A stretch of 40,827 nt of DNA from an uncultured bacterium (GTDB taxonomy: Bacteria > JAGOEH01): NCBI GenBank assembly GCA_964632485.1, contig CAZWDO010000028.1, positions 1-40,827 of the forward strand. Direction: 5' to 3'. The notes under the pieces were generated by a model. The model did no database searches. It was not told the DNA's origin and saw only the letters and a list, made by a program, of their open reading frames with translations. The translations under genes and the position numbers were made by a program. Each line of letters begins with the position of its first letter. Position 1 is the first letter of the stretch. Shown here piece after piece: positions 8,397-18,318 of the stretch.

Positions 8397-11300
8397 GGTG
8401 GGTTCCTTTCCAGGCATTGGCCAGTTCGGTCAGACTCCATTGCCATAATTTCCCCCGGAAATGAAGTTTTAAATCAGAACTCGAGCTCACAGCGCCCAAC
8501 CGGGCGACCGGGAAATCGGAAACCAGGTTCAGGAACTGTTCTTCTTCAGCCGCGGGGATAACAACGAGCATACGGCCGGCAGATTCGGCAAAAAGGGCGG
8601 ACCAGATGCTCAAATCGGTGGGCGGAACAACGGGGAGCAGGTCAAAATCGAGCGACAATCCAAGCTGACCGGCCTGCATCATTAAAAAGAGACTATATAC
8701 CAGGCCCCCCATACCAGGGGCATGAGCCGCGCTGACGCTGATTTCACAATTGACCCGTCTCATGACGGCCATCAATCGACGCGTGGTTTCCATATCGACT
8801 CGCGGCGGGTTCTCCCACAGCGCCTGCTGGCCGGGAACCGATTCCCGAGCTTGGTATAATCGCATCAATTCGCTCCCACCCAACTCATTGGCCGTGGTTC
8901 CCAAAATATAGACAATCTCCCCGGGCCGCCGCAATTGCAAGGTATGTAATCGCGGCAAATTTTTTATCCGGCCGATCAATGAAAACAATAAAGTCGGAGG
9001 AATCGATATTTTTTGTTGATTCCAAAACACATCGTTTTTCATGCTGTCTTTACCTGAAATCAGGGGAATTGTCAGCAATTGAGTCGCTTCATACAGCGCC
9101 TGGTTGGATCGCGCCAATTGCGCCAGTTTCCATTCACCATCGGGGGTTTGTGCGCTCTGTACCGGATCCGGCCAGCAAAAATTATCCAATCCCGCCCAAT
9201 GGTCCACTTCACCACCGACACTCAACGCCCGACGAATTGACAAATCGATACTCCAACGCGTCATTTCGGCCGCATCGTAATCAGATAACCATGGGTTAAT
9301 ACCTTCCGTCAGCACGATACCCTGCGGCTGATCCCGCATGACTTCCACGGCCTCCGGCAATACAACCGTGGCATCGGACGGCACATCCCGCTGAATCCCG
9401 ATAAACGGCTTGATCACGCTAATTCCCTTGACTTCATGATCGTAATGCCGGTAAGCTGATACTTTTGAGGAAAGATTATGGGAAGCCAGCGCATCCAACA
9501 CAAATTGCCGGACGTCGTCCGAGGAAAGCAAAGGGATGACACCGGTGACGGGAGGATGCCAACGGGCGGTCAACTGCAGATCGGGAACGCCATCATGAAG
9601 GAAATTCATCTGGAGAAGAGCCACACTCTTCTCAGCGTAGAGAATATGGAACAAACCGTCTTGAGTGAATTCGCCCAGAACGGCTAAATCAACTTCACGC
9701 CGCCTTGCCAGTTCGCGCAATGTATCGATTTTTGCGGGGTCCACCGCCAGAGTCATCCGCTCCTGGGCTTCAGAAACCAGAATTTCCCAGGGGTCCAATC
9801 CGCTATATTTCAAGGGGGCGCGCGCCAAATCCAGACGGCACCCGCCGGAAAACCGGGCCATCTCGCCGACACTGGACGACAAGCCCCCGGCTCCGTTATC
9901 GGTAATCGCCCGATAGAGCTGCCTGTCTCGCGCTTCATATAGAAAATCAAACATCATTTTTTGAGTGATCGGATCGCCAATCTGCACCGCCTGCAACGGG
10001 GAGGTCTCATCCAAAGCCGCAGATGAGAATGTCGCTCCATGAATCCCGTCTTTACCAATGCGACCGCCGATCATCACAATCAAATCCCCCGGCATGATCT
10101 CTTTCTTTTCTCCCGGCTGGCCACCGATTAAAACCGGTAATAAACCCACAGTACCGCAAAAAACCAGCGGTTTCCCGCCAAAACGCCGGTCAAACAATTC
10201 CCATCCCCGCGTATAGGGGATCCCACTATGATTTCCGCCGTCAATCACCCCCTGATGGACCCCTTCGCGGATGCGCCATGGGGGAAGTTTTACGCCAATG
10301 GGGGGACTGCTTTTATCGGGAGACCCGAAACAATAACCCCACACATTGCATAACAATTTTGCGCCCATGCCTGTACCGGCGGGATCCCGATTAACGCCCA
10401 CAATGCCTGTCATTGCCCCGCCATAAGGGTCCAGGGCTGAAGGACTGTTATGGGTTTCCACTTTATAAACCAGGTGATGAGTATCGTCAAAACGAATAAC
10501 TCCTGCATTATCATCAAATACAGATACTAAATAATCGATCCGATGCGCTAATTCACGGGTTGTTCGTTTAATAAAACTTTTAAAAAGTGAATCGATCCGC
10601 TGAGGCTCTTCTCCCGGCGATTCATAATAATCGATGACGGCATTAAAAATTTTATGCTTACAATGCTCAGACCAGGTCTGCGCTAAAGTCTCCAACTCAA
10701 CATCCGTCGCCTGGGCGGGCAACCCAGCGCTCCGGCGCTGTTCCAACACTTCCCCCCGCGAAAAATACTCCCTGATCGCGCGCATCTCGTCCAGCGTCAG
10801 CGACAAAACCCGGTCCCGCGAAAGTTGCATCAACCCATCATCATCATCCGGTAAATCGATGGCCGCCACTGCAGGTTGGTGTCCCAGAACCACCCGAGGA
10901 ACTTTTGTATCGAGAGCGACCATATACTCATCCTGATAATCACGGACTCCTACGGATTGGATTAACTCATTCGCTAAAATCTCCCGCGCAAGAGTCGCAA
11001 TCTGCTCCCTGTCAGTGGTCATTCCGCTGAAAAAATATACCTTTTCACTATAAACAGCAGGCCTGTCATCAAGAGGTCCAAGAATATCCCGAATCGCAAC
11101 CGCCGCGCTCCGGCCAACATTGTCCGTCACTCCCGGTTTGAAACCAACCACGGCTGCATAGCGGCTCTCCGTTACGGGCAATTGCTTCCACGCCGAGCGC
11201 TCAATCACCGGATCGGTAAATTCACACTGTATCATATCCAACTGTTTTTCAGATAAATTCTGAGTTAAATCAATTTTAAAAACCTGATGAATAGCTAAAA

Positions 11301-11403
11301 GACGACAGGATATCTTGAGATAGTTATCGATATCATTCTGAATTTGAATGATTTCACCGGAAAAATGACCAAGCCGTTGGCCAATCTCCAAACGATAAAT
11401 CAT
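8389..11403 (-). CDS. purL: FGAM synthase PurL with an N-terminal PurS-like extension
   Basis: Motifs QTWSEHCKHK, KVETHNSPS, DNGAGG, SEAQERM, DNFCWP and ISGKDS. N-terminal KPGVTDNVG. GGAGG SD. Confidence 0.93.
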   Translation of the reverse strand: MIYRLEIGQRLGHFSGEIIQIQNDIDNYLKISCRLLAIHQVFKIDLTQNLSEKQLDMIQCEFTDPVIERSAWKQLPVTESRYAAVVGFKPGVTDNVGRSAAVAIRDILGPLDDRPAVYSEKVYFFSGMTTDREQIATLAREILANELIQSVGVRDYQDEYMVALDTKVPRVVLGHQPAVAAIDLPDDDDGLMQLSRDRVLSLTLDEMRAIREYFSRGEVLEQRRSAGLPAQATDVELETLAQTWSEHCKHKIFNAVIDYYESPGEEPQRIDSLFKSFIKRTTRELAHRIDYLVSVFDDNAGVIRFDDTHHLVYKVETHNSPSALDPYGGAMTGIVGVNRDPAGTGMGAKLLCNVWGYCFGSPDKSSPPIGVKLPPWRIREGVHQGVIDGGNHSGIPYTRGWELFDRRFGGKPLVFCGTVGLLPVLIGGQPGEKKEIMPGDLIVMIGGRIGKDGIHGATFSSAALDETSPLQAVQIGDPITQKMMFDFLYEARDRQLYRAITDNGAGGLSSSVGEMARFSGGCRLDLARAPLKYSGLDPWEILVSEAQERMTLAVDPAKIDTLRELARRREVDLAVLGEFTQDGLFHILYAEKSVALLQMNFLHDGVPDLQLTARWHPPVTGVIPLLSSDDVRQFVLDALASHNLSSKVSAYRHYDHEVKGISVIKPFIGIQRDVPSDATVVLPEAVEVMRDQPQGIVLTEGINPWLSDYDAAEMTRWSIDLSIRRALSVGGEVDHWAGLDNFCWPDPVQSAQTPDGEWKLAQLARSNQALYEATQLLTIPLISGKDSMKNDVFWNQQKISIPPTLLFSLIGRIKNLPRLHTLQLRRPGEIVYILGTTANELGGSELMRLYQARESVPGQQALWENPPRVDMETTRRLMAVMRRVNCEISVSAAHAPGMGGLVYSLFLMMQAGQLGLSLDFDLLPVVPPTDLSIWSALFAESAGRMLVVIPAAEEEQFLNLVSDFPVARLGAVSSSSDLKLHFRGKLWQWSLTELANAWKGTHHE

Positions 11404-11468
11404 GCTACCTCCACGTATATCGGTAGGTTATCGATTGAATAAAAATTGCGTCCACAATGGTAATGCAA

Positions 11469-11503
11469 ACGGAGAAACATAGTCTGAAACCCTGTTTCTC
11501 CGT
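11469..11503 (-). terminator. Stem-loop after the outer-membrane protein gene (possible terminator)
   Basis: ACGGAGAAACA-N13-TGTTTCTCCGT, with only a short U tail. Confidence 0.45.
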
Positions 11504-11532
11504 CATGCTGCCGACACAAACGAATCATACGG

Positions 11533-12141
11533 TTATAGGACAGGAAAATTAATTCCTGCATAAAAGGCCCATGATTTCACTTCTTCCTGGGAAATGAATT
11601 CATAAGCCGGAGTGAAAACCACTGAATATTTTCCTTCAGTGAATAGCTGAAAAGGAAAGATGTCAAATTTAAAACGAACGCCGAAAATACCCTGAATTCC
11701 CATTTCATGGGAGGCATCAGGATAGGGTACGATACTGAAACCCGCAGGTAATTTTTCATCCAATTGAAAATCCAAATTGTATAAAGCCCCGCCCACGCCG
11801 AAATATGGGATCATCGGCAAACGGTTTGATTCCAGCTTAAACTTGATATTGAGCTGAATACCCGTAATTTTCAGCTTTTCGCGCAAGGTTAAATCTTCAC
11901 CCAGGGGTTGTTGATGCAAATGTTGAAAATCAAGGGTATAATAATCGGAAGACAATTCTAAATCCACGTAGGGGAACGAGGTCACAATGATCTGCGCGCC
12001 ATATACAAAATTATCATCAAACGGTTTTTGGAAATAATCGATACGCCCAATACGGGCGCCCGCCATTACGCCAATATAAGCATAAGGTTCTATGTAACAT
12101 ACTATCAAAATCAGAAAAATTTTAATAAACAAATGCCGCAT
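11533..12141 (-). CDS. Outer-membrane beta-barrel protein (small porin-like)
   Basis: Signal peptide, alternating beta-strand pattern, PYFGVGG and aromatic C-terminal strand. GGAG precedes ATG 12141. Confidence 0.75.
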   Translation of the reverse strand: MRHLFIKIFLILIVCYIEPYAYIGVMAGARIGRIDYFQKPFDDNFVYGAQIIVTSFPYVDLELSSDYYTLDFQHLHQQPLGEDLTLREKLKITGIQLNIKFKLESNRLPMIPYFGVGGALYNLDFQLDEKLPAGFSIVPYPDASHEMGIQGIFGVRFKFDIFPFQLFTEGKYSVVFTPAYEFISQEEVKSWAFYAGINFPVL

Positions 12142-12161
12142 GGCAAACTCCATTTTTTGTA

Positions 12162-12190
12162 ATTATAATCGACAACCATTAAAATTGCAA
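12162..12190 (-). promoter_or_regulatory. Sigma70-type promoter of the outer-membrane protein gene
   Basis: TTGCAA-17 nt-TATAAT. Confidence 0.6.
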
Positions 12191-12220
12191 TAAAAAAATT
12201 CACTTTTCATTAAAAACTAC

Positions 12221-12248
12221 TTGATTTTTTTTAAATAAAATGTATATT
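12221..12248 (+). promoter_or_regulatory. Sigma70-type promoter of rpmB
   Basis: TTGATT-16 nt-TATATT. Confidence 0.5.
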
Positions 12249-12313
12249 TTAGCGCGTCTCGTTCGTTCATAGGGGAAATGACCCGAATTAATGATCATAA
12301 GAAAGGTGAAAAT

Positions 12314-12505
12314 ATGTCCAGAGTATGCGAAATTTGCGGAAAACGTCCTCAGGTCGGCGCCCAGGTCAGCCATGCGCACAACGTTACCAAACGAGTTTTT
12401 TATCCGAATCTGCAACAAATTCATGCCCTGATTGATGGCAAGAAACAACGTATCAAAATTTGCACAGCCTGTCTCAAAGCCGGTAAAGTCGAAAAAGCTG
12501 TATAA
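12314..12505 (+). CDS. rpmB: 50S ribosomal protein L28 (zinc-ribbon form)
   Basis: [34 protein letters not shown]...[16 protein letters not shown]. Confidence 0.97.
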   Translation: MSRVCEICGKRPQVGAQVSHAHNVTKRVFYPNLQQIHALIDGKKQRIKICTACLKAGKVEKAV

Positions 12506-12551
12506 TTTTTGACTGATTCAGACTGACATCGCGCAATGCCAATTTAAACCC

Positions 12552-13892
12552 TTACCAGGGTTTGGCAGAGGCTGATTTATCCCGCAAAGTCTCATAAAGG
12601 GGTAATACAGAATCAGGATCAGTGGATAATGCGGTTTCCCATTCGCTTAAACGTAGTGACGATATTAAAAGAGTCGTTTTTTTAAGATTCCGAAAAATGG
12701 ATTGCAGTTGCTGATATTTTTTACGAAGTACTTTTACTGATTCCATGGGTTGGTCGCTCCACGGCGTCCGTTTTTTTGGAATAAACGGATTAACCGATAA
12801 GGTGATTGTTCCTTTAAATATCTTTAAAATTGATTGTGTCAGGGAATATATTTTTTGTATTTCATGATCGAAACCCAGACCGATAATGAAGTATAAACGA
12901 AGTTCCCTGATATGGGTATGGTTGGAGAGCAGGGTTACAGCTTCCAGGAATTGGTGGTTGGCTATATATTTATTCAGGGCGATCCGGTCGCTATCGTCTC
13001 CGGTTTCCGGGGCCAGAGTGATTGAACGGATTTCATGAAGATCGATAAGACGGCATAATTCCGTATCGATTTTTTCCGCGCGAAAAGAAGAGATTCCAGC
13101 CTTAAAATCATTCTGCAGCATGCGTTCAAGTAAAAATTTAATATCGGGGTGAAATCCCAACGCGGCGCCAACCAAACCAATGCGGCGGGTGGAGGGAGGA
13201 ACCAGCGCCTGAATTGTTTCCCATAGTAAGTTGCCTGGATAGAAAAGAGCCGGTTCGCGGGTAAAAGCGGTAGCGCAGAATACGCAGCGCCCGGGACAAC
13301 CCCGCGCGGTTTCGATAAGAAACGGACTGTCAAAACGCGAATCGGGAACCAGCAAGGGAGTAAAAAGGGGCGTTGCCAAATCGCTGCTGACTCTTATCCG
13401 AGAGGGGATTAGATTGCCAACCGCTATATTTGAAAACGTTGACATCCTTGAAATTTGACCCGTTTTATTGAAAAGAGTATATTCCCCGCCCTTATTTTCC
13501 TGCCACTGCTTAAGGAACCCCTCCGCTTCACCCAGTACAATACCGTCGCAAAAAGGCGCCATGGATTCAGGCAACAGAGTTACGGCCAATCCCCCGGCCA
13601 GTATCAGGGGATATCCCTCGTTTCTGTCTTTACTCCACAAGGGAATCCGATTTTTTTCAAGGATCAATAGAAAATTGAGGTAATCGATTTCCCATGAAAA
13701 ATGGACCGCTATCCAATCATAGCGATGCCAGGGTTCTCCGGTTTCGATACTTTGCAGGGGAAAAGCGGTTTCCCAAACCGCCCGATGGCATTCAAAATCA
13801 TCCGAACGATTAAATAAATCCCAAACACCCTGCCAGGCTAACGAACTGATAGCGATGGAATATCGATTGGGATACAGGAAAAGAACCCGCAA
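12552..13892 (-). CDS. Radical SAM protein with an N-terminal B12-binding-like domain; true start uncertain
   Basis: Motifs LYPNRY, LILAGG, LGEAE, IETARGCPGRCVFC (CxxxCxxC), TLAPETG and YFIIGL. Confidence 0.85.
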   Translation of the reverse strand: MRVLFLYPNRYSIAISSLAWQGVWDLFNRSDDFECHRAVWETAFPLQSIETGEPWHRYDWIAVHFSWEIDYLNFLLILEKNRIPLWSKDRNEGYPLILAGGLAVTLLPESMAPFCDGIVLGEAEGFLKQWQENKGGEYTLFNKTGQISRMSTFSNIAVGNLIPSRIRVSSDLATPLFTPLLVPDSRFDSPFLIETARGCPGRCVFCATAFTREPALFYPGNLLWETIQALVPPSTRRIGLVGAALGFHPDIKFLLERMLQNDFKAGISSFRAEKIDTELCRLIDLHEIRSITLAPETGDDSDRIALNKYIANHQFLEAVTLLSNHTHIRELRLYFIIGLGFDHEIQKIYSLTQSILKIFKGTITLSVNPFIPKKRTPWSDQPMESVKVLRKKYQQLQSIFRNLKKTTLLISSLRLSEWETALSTDPDSVLPLYETLRDKSASAKPW

Positions 13893-13919
13893 AGCGGAAT
13901 TTTTTTTTTACGCGTAATT

Positions 13920-13966
13920 AAACAGAGTTCCCTGGATTTAAAATCAGTTATCCGGGAACTCTGTTT
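13920..13966 (-). terminator. Strong stem-loop downstream of ftsZ
   Basis: 13-bp perfect stem AAACAGAGTTCCC...GGGAACTCTGTTT. Confidence 0.6.
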
Positions 13967-13990
13967 GAGGGAGGTATGAGTCGACAATCA

Positions 13991-15157
13991 TTAATCCATT
14001 TGCTTGCGTAGAAACGTTGGAATATCAAGATCCGTACCGGTTTTTCCATATTTTTTTTCTAAATCTTCGATACTGATGCGTTTTTCAATGGGCTTACTCG
14101 CGCTTTTCGGATGTAATCCTTCCGAAAAATTCAACGAAGTCTGCATACCGGGGTCCACTGATTTTTTACGTTTGGGCTCCTCAACTCGGACGCTTTTATC
14201 TTCGAACCCGGTGGCGATGACGGTAACCCGGATTTTTTCACCGAGGGCTTCGTTCAGACAAGTGCCGACAATGACATTCGCTTCATCGCCGGCGACATTA
14301 TTAACAATTGTCGCGGCTTCTTCAATTTCCTTAAGCGATGTGGACATATTGCAACTGATATTAATCAGCACGCCTTTAGCGCCGGAGATTGAAATATCAT
14401 CCAGCAACGGCGACGAGATGGCCATTTGCGCGGCTTCCTGAGCACGTTTTTCGCCCCCCGAAATACCGGTTCCCATAATCGCTCCGCCTCGTTCGCGCAT
14501 GACGGTCTTAACATCTGAAAAATCAACGTTGACATATCCGGTTTCCGTGATGATGGTAGAAATACCTTCAGTGGCATAATAAAGGATTTCATCGGCTTTT
14601 TTAAACGCATCCAGAAACGACATATCGCGCGGACAAATAGAAAGCAGTTTCTGGTTGGGAATGACGATGATCGTATCGGTAAACTCCTTAAGTTTCTGGA
14701 TACCGAATTCGGCATTTTTCATACGGAGTTTATTTTCGAATATAAAAGGTTTTGAAACGACACCGACGGTTAAAATATTCAATTCCTTGGCAATTTGCGC
14801 TACAACGGAAGCGGCGCCCGTACCGGTGCCGCCACCCATGCCGGCGGTTATAAAGAGCATATCGGTTTCAGCCAGTAATTTGCGTATTTCATCCCGGCTT
14901 TCCTCGGCGGCGTTAAAACCAACCTCGGGATTGGCGCCTGCTCCAAGGCCGCGCGTCAGCTTATTACCGATCTGCAGCTTAATGGGCGCCATTGATTTTT
15001 CCAACGCTTGGGCATCGGTATTCAATGCCACAAATTCAACGCCCTTCAAACCGGATTCGATCATGCGGTTGATAGCGTTCCCGCCGGCTCCGCCGACTCC
15101 GAAAACTTTCAATCGCGCTTGTTGAACATTATCAGCTAACTCAAAATCAAAACTCAT
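13991..15157 (-). CDS. ftsZ: Cell division GTPase FtsZ
   Basis: Motifs GVGGAGGNA, GMGGGTGTG, NVDFSD and C-terminal LDIPTFLRKQMD. GGGAGG precedes ATG 15157. Confidence 0.98.
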   Translation of the reverse strand: MSFDFELADNVQQARLKVFGVGGAGGNAINRMIESGLKGVEFVALNTDAQALEKSMAPIKLQIGNKLTRGLGAGANPEVGFNAAEESRDEIRKLLAETDMLFITAGMGGGTGTGAASVVAQIAKELNILTVGVVSKPFIFENKLRMKNAEFGIQKLKEFTDTIIVIPNQKLLSICPRDMSFLDAFKKADEILYYATEGISTIITETGYVNVDFSDVKTVMRERGGAIMGTGISGGEKRAQEAAQMAISSPLLDDISISGAKGVLINISCNMSTSLKEIEEAATIVNNVAGDEANVIVGTCLNEALGEKIRVTVIATGFEDKSVRVEEPKRKKSVDPGMQTSLNFSEGLHPKSASKPIEKRISIEDLEKKYGKTGTDLDIPTFLRKQMD

Positions 15158-15168
15158 AAGGCCCTCCC

Positions 15169-16410
15169 TTAGAAGAATTCTTTTATCCAACTTTTCATAC
15201 GATCATAAATTACTTGAAACGAACCACCCGATTTACTGATCATCGCCATTTCCGGGTGCTGCATCATACCATACATACAAAGGCCGATACCCGTCGCATA
15301 CTGGGGATCTGCAGCGACGCTGGTCAGACCTCCAAATCCTCTCGGAATTCCCAACCGAGTCGGCTTATCGAAAATCTGTTCAGCCAGCAGATCGCAATTA
15401 CGCAGCAAGGCTCCCCCGCCGGTCAAAACAATGCCACCCCCCATCCGGTCATCGAAAAGTCCGCTTTTTTTAATATCACGAAGAATCAAAACCAGGATTT
15501 CCTCAATGCGGGGTTGAATCACCCGGTATAAAACCTCGCGGGTCACTTTCCGCGGACGGCGGTTACCCACGCTTTTCACCTCAATTTCCTCTTCGAGGTT
15601 TTCATCGGGGTCTTCGATAGCGCAGCCGAACATTTTTTTCAATCGTTCCGCTTCTTCGATCGGGGCGCTGAGGCCAAACGCTAAATCATCAGTTATACTA
15701 TTGCCACCCAAACCAATGACTGAAGTATGCCGAATGGCTCCACCATGAAAAATAACGATATCGGAAGTCCCACCACCAATATCAATCATAGCGACGCCCA
15801 ATTCTTTTTCGTCCCGGGTCAAAACTGCCAGACTGGAACCCAGAGGTTCAAGTACCAGATCGCGCGCGACCAGCCCGGCGCGCTGCACACAATTAAAAAT
15901 GTTCTGAGCAGAGGTTACCGCTGCAGTTACAATATGCGCTTCCGCTTCGAGACGGATACCCGCCATACCCACCGGATCATTGATCCCGCGTTGATCGTCA
16001 ACGATGAATTCCTGGGGAATAATGTGAATCACTTCACGGTCCATGGGAATATTGACCGCCCGCGCCGCATTAATCACCCGTTCCACATCGCTCATGGAAA
16101 TTTCATGATCGCTCCGGGCCACGGCAATGATTCCACGGCTGTTAATACTGCGGATATGATCCCCCGCAATTCCTACATACACTTCATCTATCGGGACACC
16201 CGACATCCGGCGAGCTTCCTCGACTGCTAATGTAATCGATTTTACGGTTTCATCTATATTGACGACGACTCCCCGCTTTAATCCGGTAGAAGGGGTCGTA
16301 CCAATACCAATAACTTCCATTTCATCAGTTTCAGTTCGGCGCGCCACTACCGCGCAAATTTTCGTCGTCCCGATATCCAGACCCACGACGATCCGGTCTT
16401 CCGTCATCAT
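15169..16410 (-). CDS. ftsA: Cell division protein FtsA
   Basis: Motifs GLDIGTTKI, IDIGGGTSD and GIVLTGGGA. GGAG precedes ATG 16410. Confidence 0.97.
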   Translation of the reverse strand: MMTEDRIVVGLDIGTTKICAVVARRTETDEMEVIGIGTTPSTGLKRGVVVNIDETVKSITLAVEEARRMSGVPIDEVYVGIAGDHIRSINSRGIIAVARSDHEISMSDVERVINAARAVNIPMDREVIHIIPQEFIVDDQRGINDPVGMAGIRLEAEAHIVTAAVTSAQNIFNCVQRAGLVARDLVLEPLGSSLAVLTRDEKELGVAMIDIGGGTSDIVIFHGGAIRHTSVIGLGGNSITDDLAFGLSAPIEEAERLKKMFGCAIEDPDENLEEEIEVKSVGNRRPRKVTREVLYRVIQPRIEEILVLILRDIKKSGLFDDRMGGGIVLTGGGALLRNCDLLAEQIFDKPTRLGIPRGFGGLTSVAADPQYATGIGLCMYGMMQHPEMAMISKSGGSFQVIYDRMKSWIKEFF

Positions 16411-16426
16411 ATTTTCAACTCCTTCG

Positions 16427-17197
16427 CTAATTGTATTTTTTGGTAATAATCTGATTATCATAGCGCAAATCAATCAGATCACAATCCTGTTGATTGTATA
16501 ACTCAGGAAACAATAATGCAAATCGGTCCAGATTATTCCTTACGGTTGTCAGCGACATCATTAACAATTTCCGATTTCTCAATAAAAAATAGGGGCAATC
16601 ATCCGATTGCACATAAACTTTGGCAATCGATTTAAAAAGCTCTGGAAAATTTTCATCAATATAATCCAGGATATGCGTCGCTTCACTAAAACAACGAACC
16701 CTGGCAATTTGATCCGTACGGATTTCTACACCCTCAAATTCAGGAACCAGCGGAGGATTTTTGCAATCGTCCGAATCGATCAGTTTTCCTTTTCGATTGA
16801 TGTATTGAAGCTTATCATTCAGAACGGTCCCAACGACTTCGGACTCCTTAAGATTTAATGCCAATTTCATATTCCATGTAATATGGATTCCCACCTCTTC
16901 AAAATAACCGCTTTGTTCCAATTTATTGCGGATTTCATCGATTACTTCATCTTTCATCGGCGCCTTTTCATAGGGTTTAAGCATACTCCACAACACGTTA
17001 GAATTCAGATAGCTGAGACTATCCACTTCATACCCTTTGATGTGAAAAAACGTTGAGTGGTCCACCCAATATACAAAAGGACCCACCAGAATGACCAGCC
17101 CGAGAATCAAAAATACAAACCGCCGGGAATGGCCGGTTTTTTTGATTTCAACCGGACGCCGAGCCGAAACATAATTACCAAACGTAAGTTGAGTCAT
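16427..17197 (-). CDS. ftsQ: Cell division protein FtsQ/DivIB
   Basis: Single N-terminal TM, POTRA-like region and C-terminal IDLRYDNQII. Positioned just before ftsA. Confidence 0.85.
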   Translation of the reverse strand: MTQLTFGNYVSARRPVEIKKTGHSRRFVFLILGLVILVGPFVYWVDHSTFFHIKGYEVDSLSYLNSNVLWSMLKPYEKAPMKDEVIDEIRNKLEQSGYFEEVGIHITWNMKLALNLKESEVVGTVLNDKLQYINRKGKLIDSDDCKNPPLVPEFEGVEIRTDQIARVRCFSEATHILDYIDENFPELFKSIAKVYVQSDDCPYFLLRNRKLLMMSLTTVRNNLDRFALLFPELYNQQDCDLIDLRYDNQIITKKYN

Positions 17198-18318
17198 TTC
17201 TCTCCCTCCTGAGCCTGAACAGGCAATACATGTCGTGTTATATTCAACAAAACTCCGATTCCAATCATATTGACCAACATGGCGCTACCCCCGAAACTGA
17301 TAAAAGGCAGCGTCAATCCTTTCGTGGGCAAGAGAGCGGAAACCACGCCCAGGTTGACCACGGCATAGATTGAAATCATTACAACAATCCCGCCGGCTAA
17401 TAAATAACCGAAAAGGTCGGGAATCGACTTCGCAATTTTAAAACCACGATATAATAAAAGAACAAATAGCATCATCACAAATAAAGTCCCAATATACCCG
17501 ACTTCTTCAGAAAAAATAGAAAATACAAAATCCGTATGCGGTTCCGGTAGATAAAACATCTTTTGACTACTCTGTCCTATCCCGCAACCAAATAGTCCCC
17601 CTTTGCCAATGCTGATCAGAGATTGATTGATCTGATAGCCGATTCCGGTGGGGTCGTGTTCGGGATTTAAAAAAACCAGCATCCGTTTCCAGCGATAAGG
17701 TTCCTTCCAAACCAGATACCCGGCCAGCGGTAAAAAGGATAAGGCCGTCATCAATAGATACCGTTTGGGAACGCCGGATAGAAACATCATCGTAACAGCA
17801 ATCAAACCGATCGCGGTAGCAGTTCCGAAATCCGGCTGTTTGAGAATCAGCAGAAATCCCAGGCCCGTAACCAGCATATAGGGCAGGTAAACATTGCCGA
17901 AAGAACGGATTTGCCATTGTTTACGCGTTAATCCGTCCGCCAGATACAAAATCAAGGAGAGTTTAAAAAACTCCGAAGGCTGAACATTAACAAAGCCCAG
18001 GTTCACCCAGCGATACGTATTGCGGATACTGGAACCAATGCCGATTTTAGGCAAAAAAGCCAGGATTAAGCCGATGAATGCGATTCCGAGAATCAAACCG
18101 GTACGCTGTTGATACCAATGGTAATCCACCCGCGAAAAAATAAGCAAGAGGATAAAACCGGTCATTAATTTAATAAAATGGTTGAATACATAATAATTCG
18201 TATTAGAAGATATGGCCGAACCGGCGCTATAGACCATGACAACGCCAATGGCGCACAGAATAAACACGATCACCAGAATGAAGTAATCAATAACGCCCCG
18301 GTCATCCCTCTTGATCAT
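17194..18318 (-). CDS. ftsW: SEDS peptidoglycan polymerase FtsW
   Basis: Motifs RW, QPSEFFK, QPDFGT, LPEPHTDF and LPFISFGGS. Multiple TM segments. Confidence 0.95.
   Translation of the reverse strand: MIKRDDRGVIDYFILVIVFILCAIGVVMVYSAGSAISSNTNYYVFNHFIKLMTGFILLLIFSRVDYHWYQQRTGLILGIAFIGLILAFLPKIGIGSSIRNTYRWVNLGFVNVQPSEFFKLSLILYLADGLTRKQWQIRSFGNVYLPYMLVTGLGFLLILKQPDFGTATAIGLIAVTMMFLSGVPKRYLLMTALSFLPLAGYLVWKEPYRWKRMLVFLNPEHDPTGIGYQINQSLISIGKGGLFGCGIGQSSQKMFYLPEPHTDFVFSIFSEEVGYIGTLFVMMLFVLLLYRGFKIAKSIPDLFGYLLAGGIVVMISIYAVVNLGVVSALLPTKGLTLPFISFGGSAMLVNMIGIGVLLNITRHVLPVQAQEGEK

Noticed and set aside
11404..11532. Riboswitch (ZTP, PRPP or purine) upstream of purL
   Set aside because: There is a hairpin and a short CTACC/GGTAG stem next to the SD, but no conserved aptamer core was recognisable.
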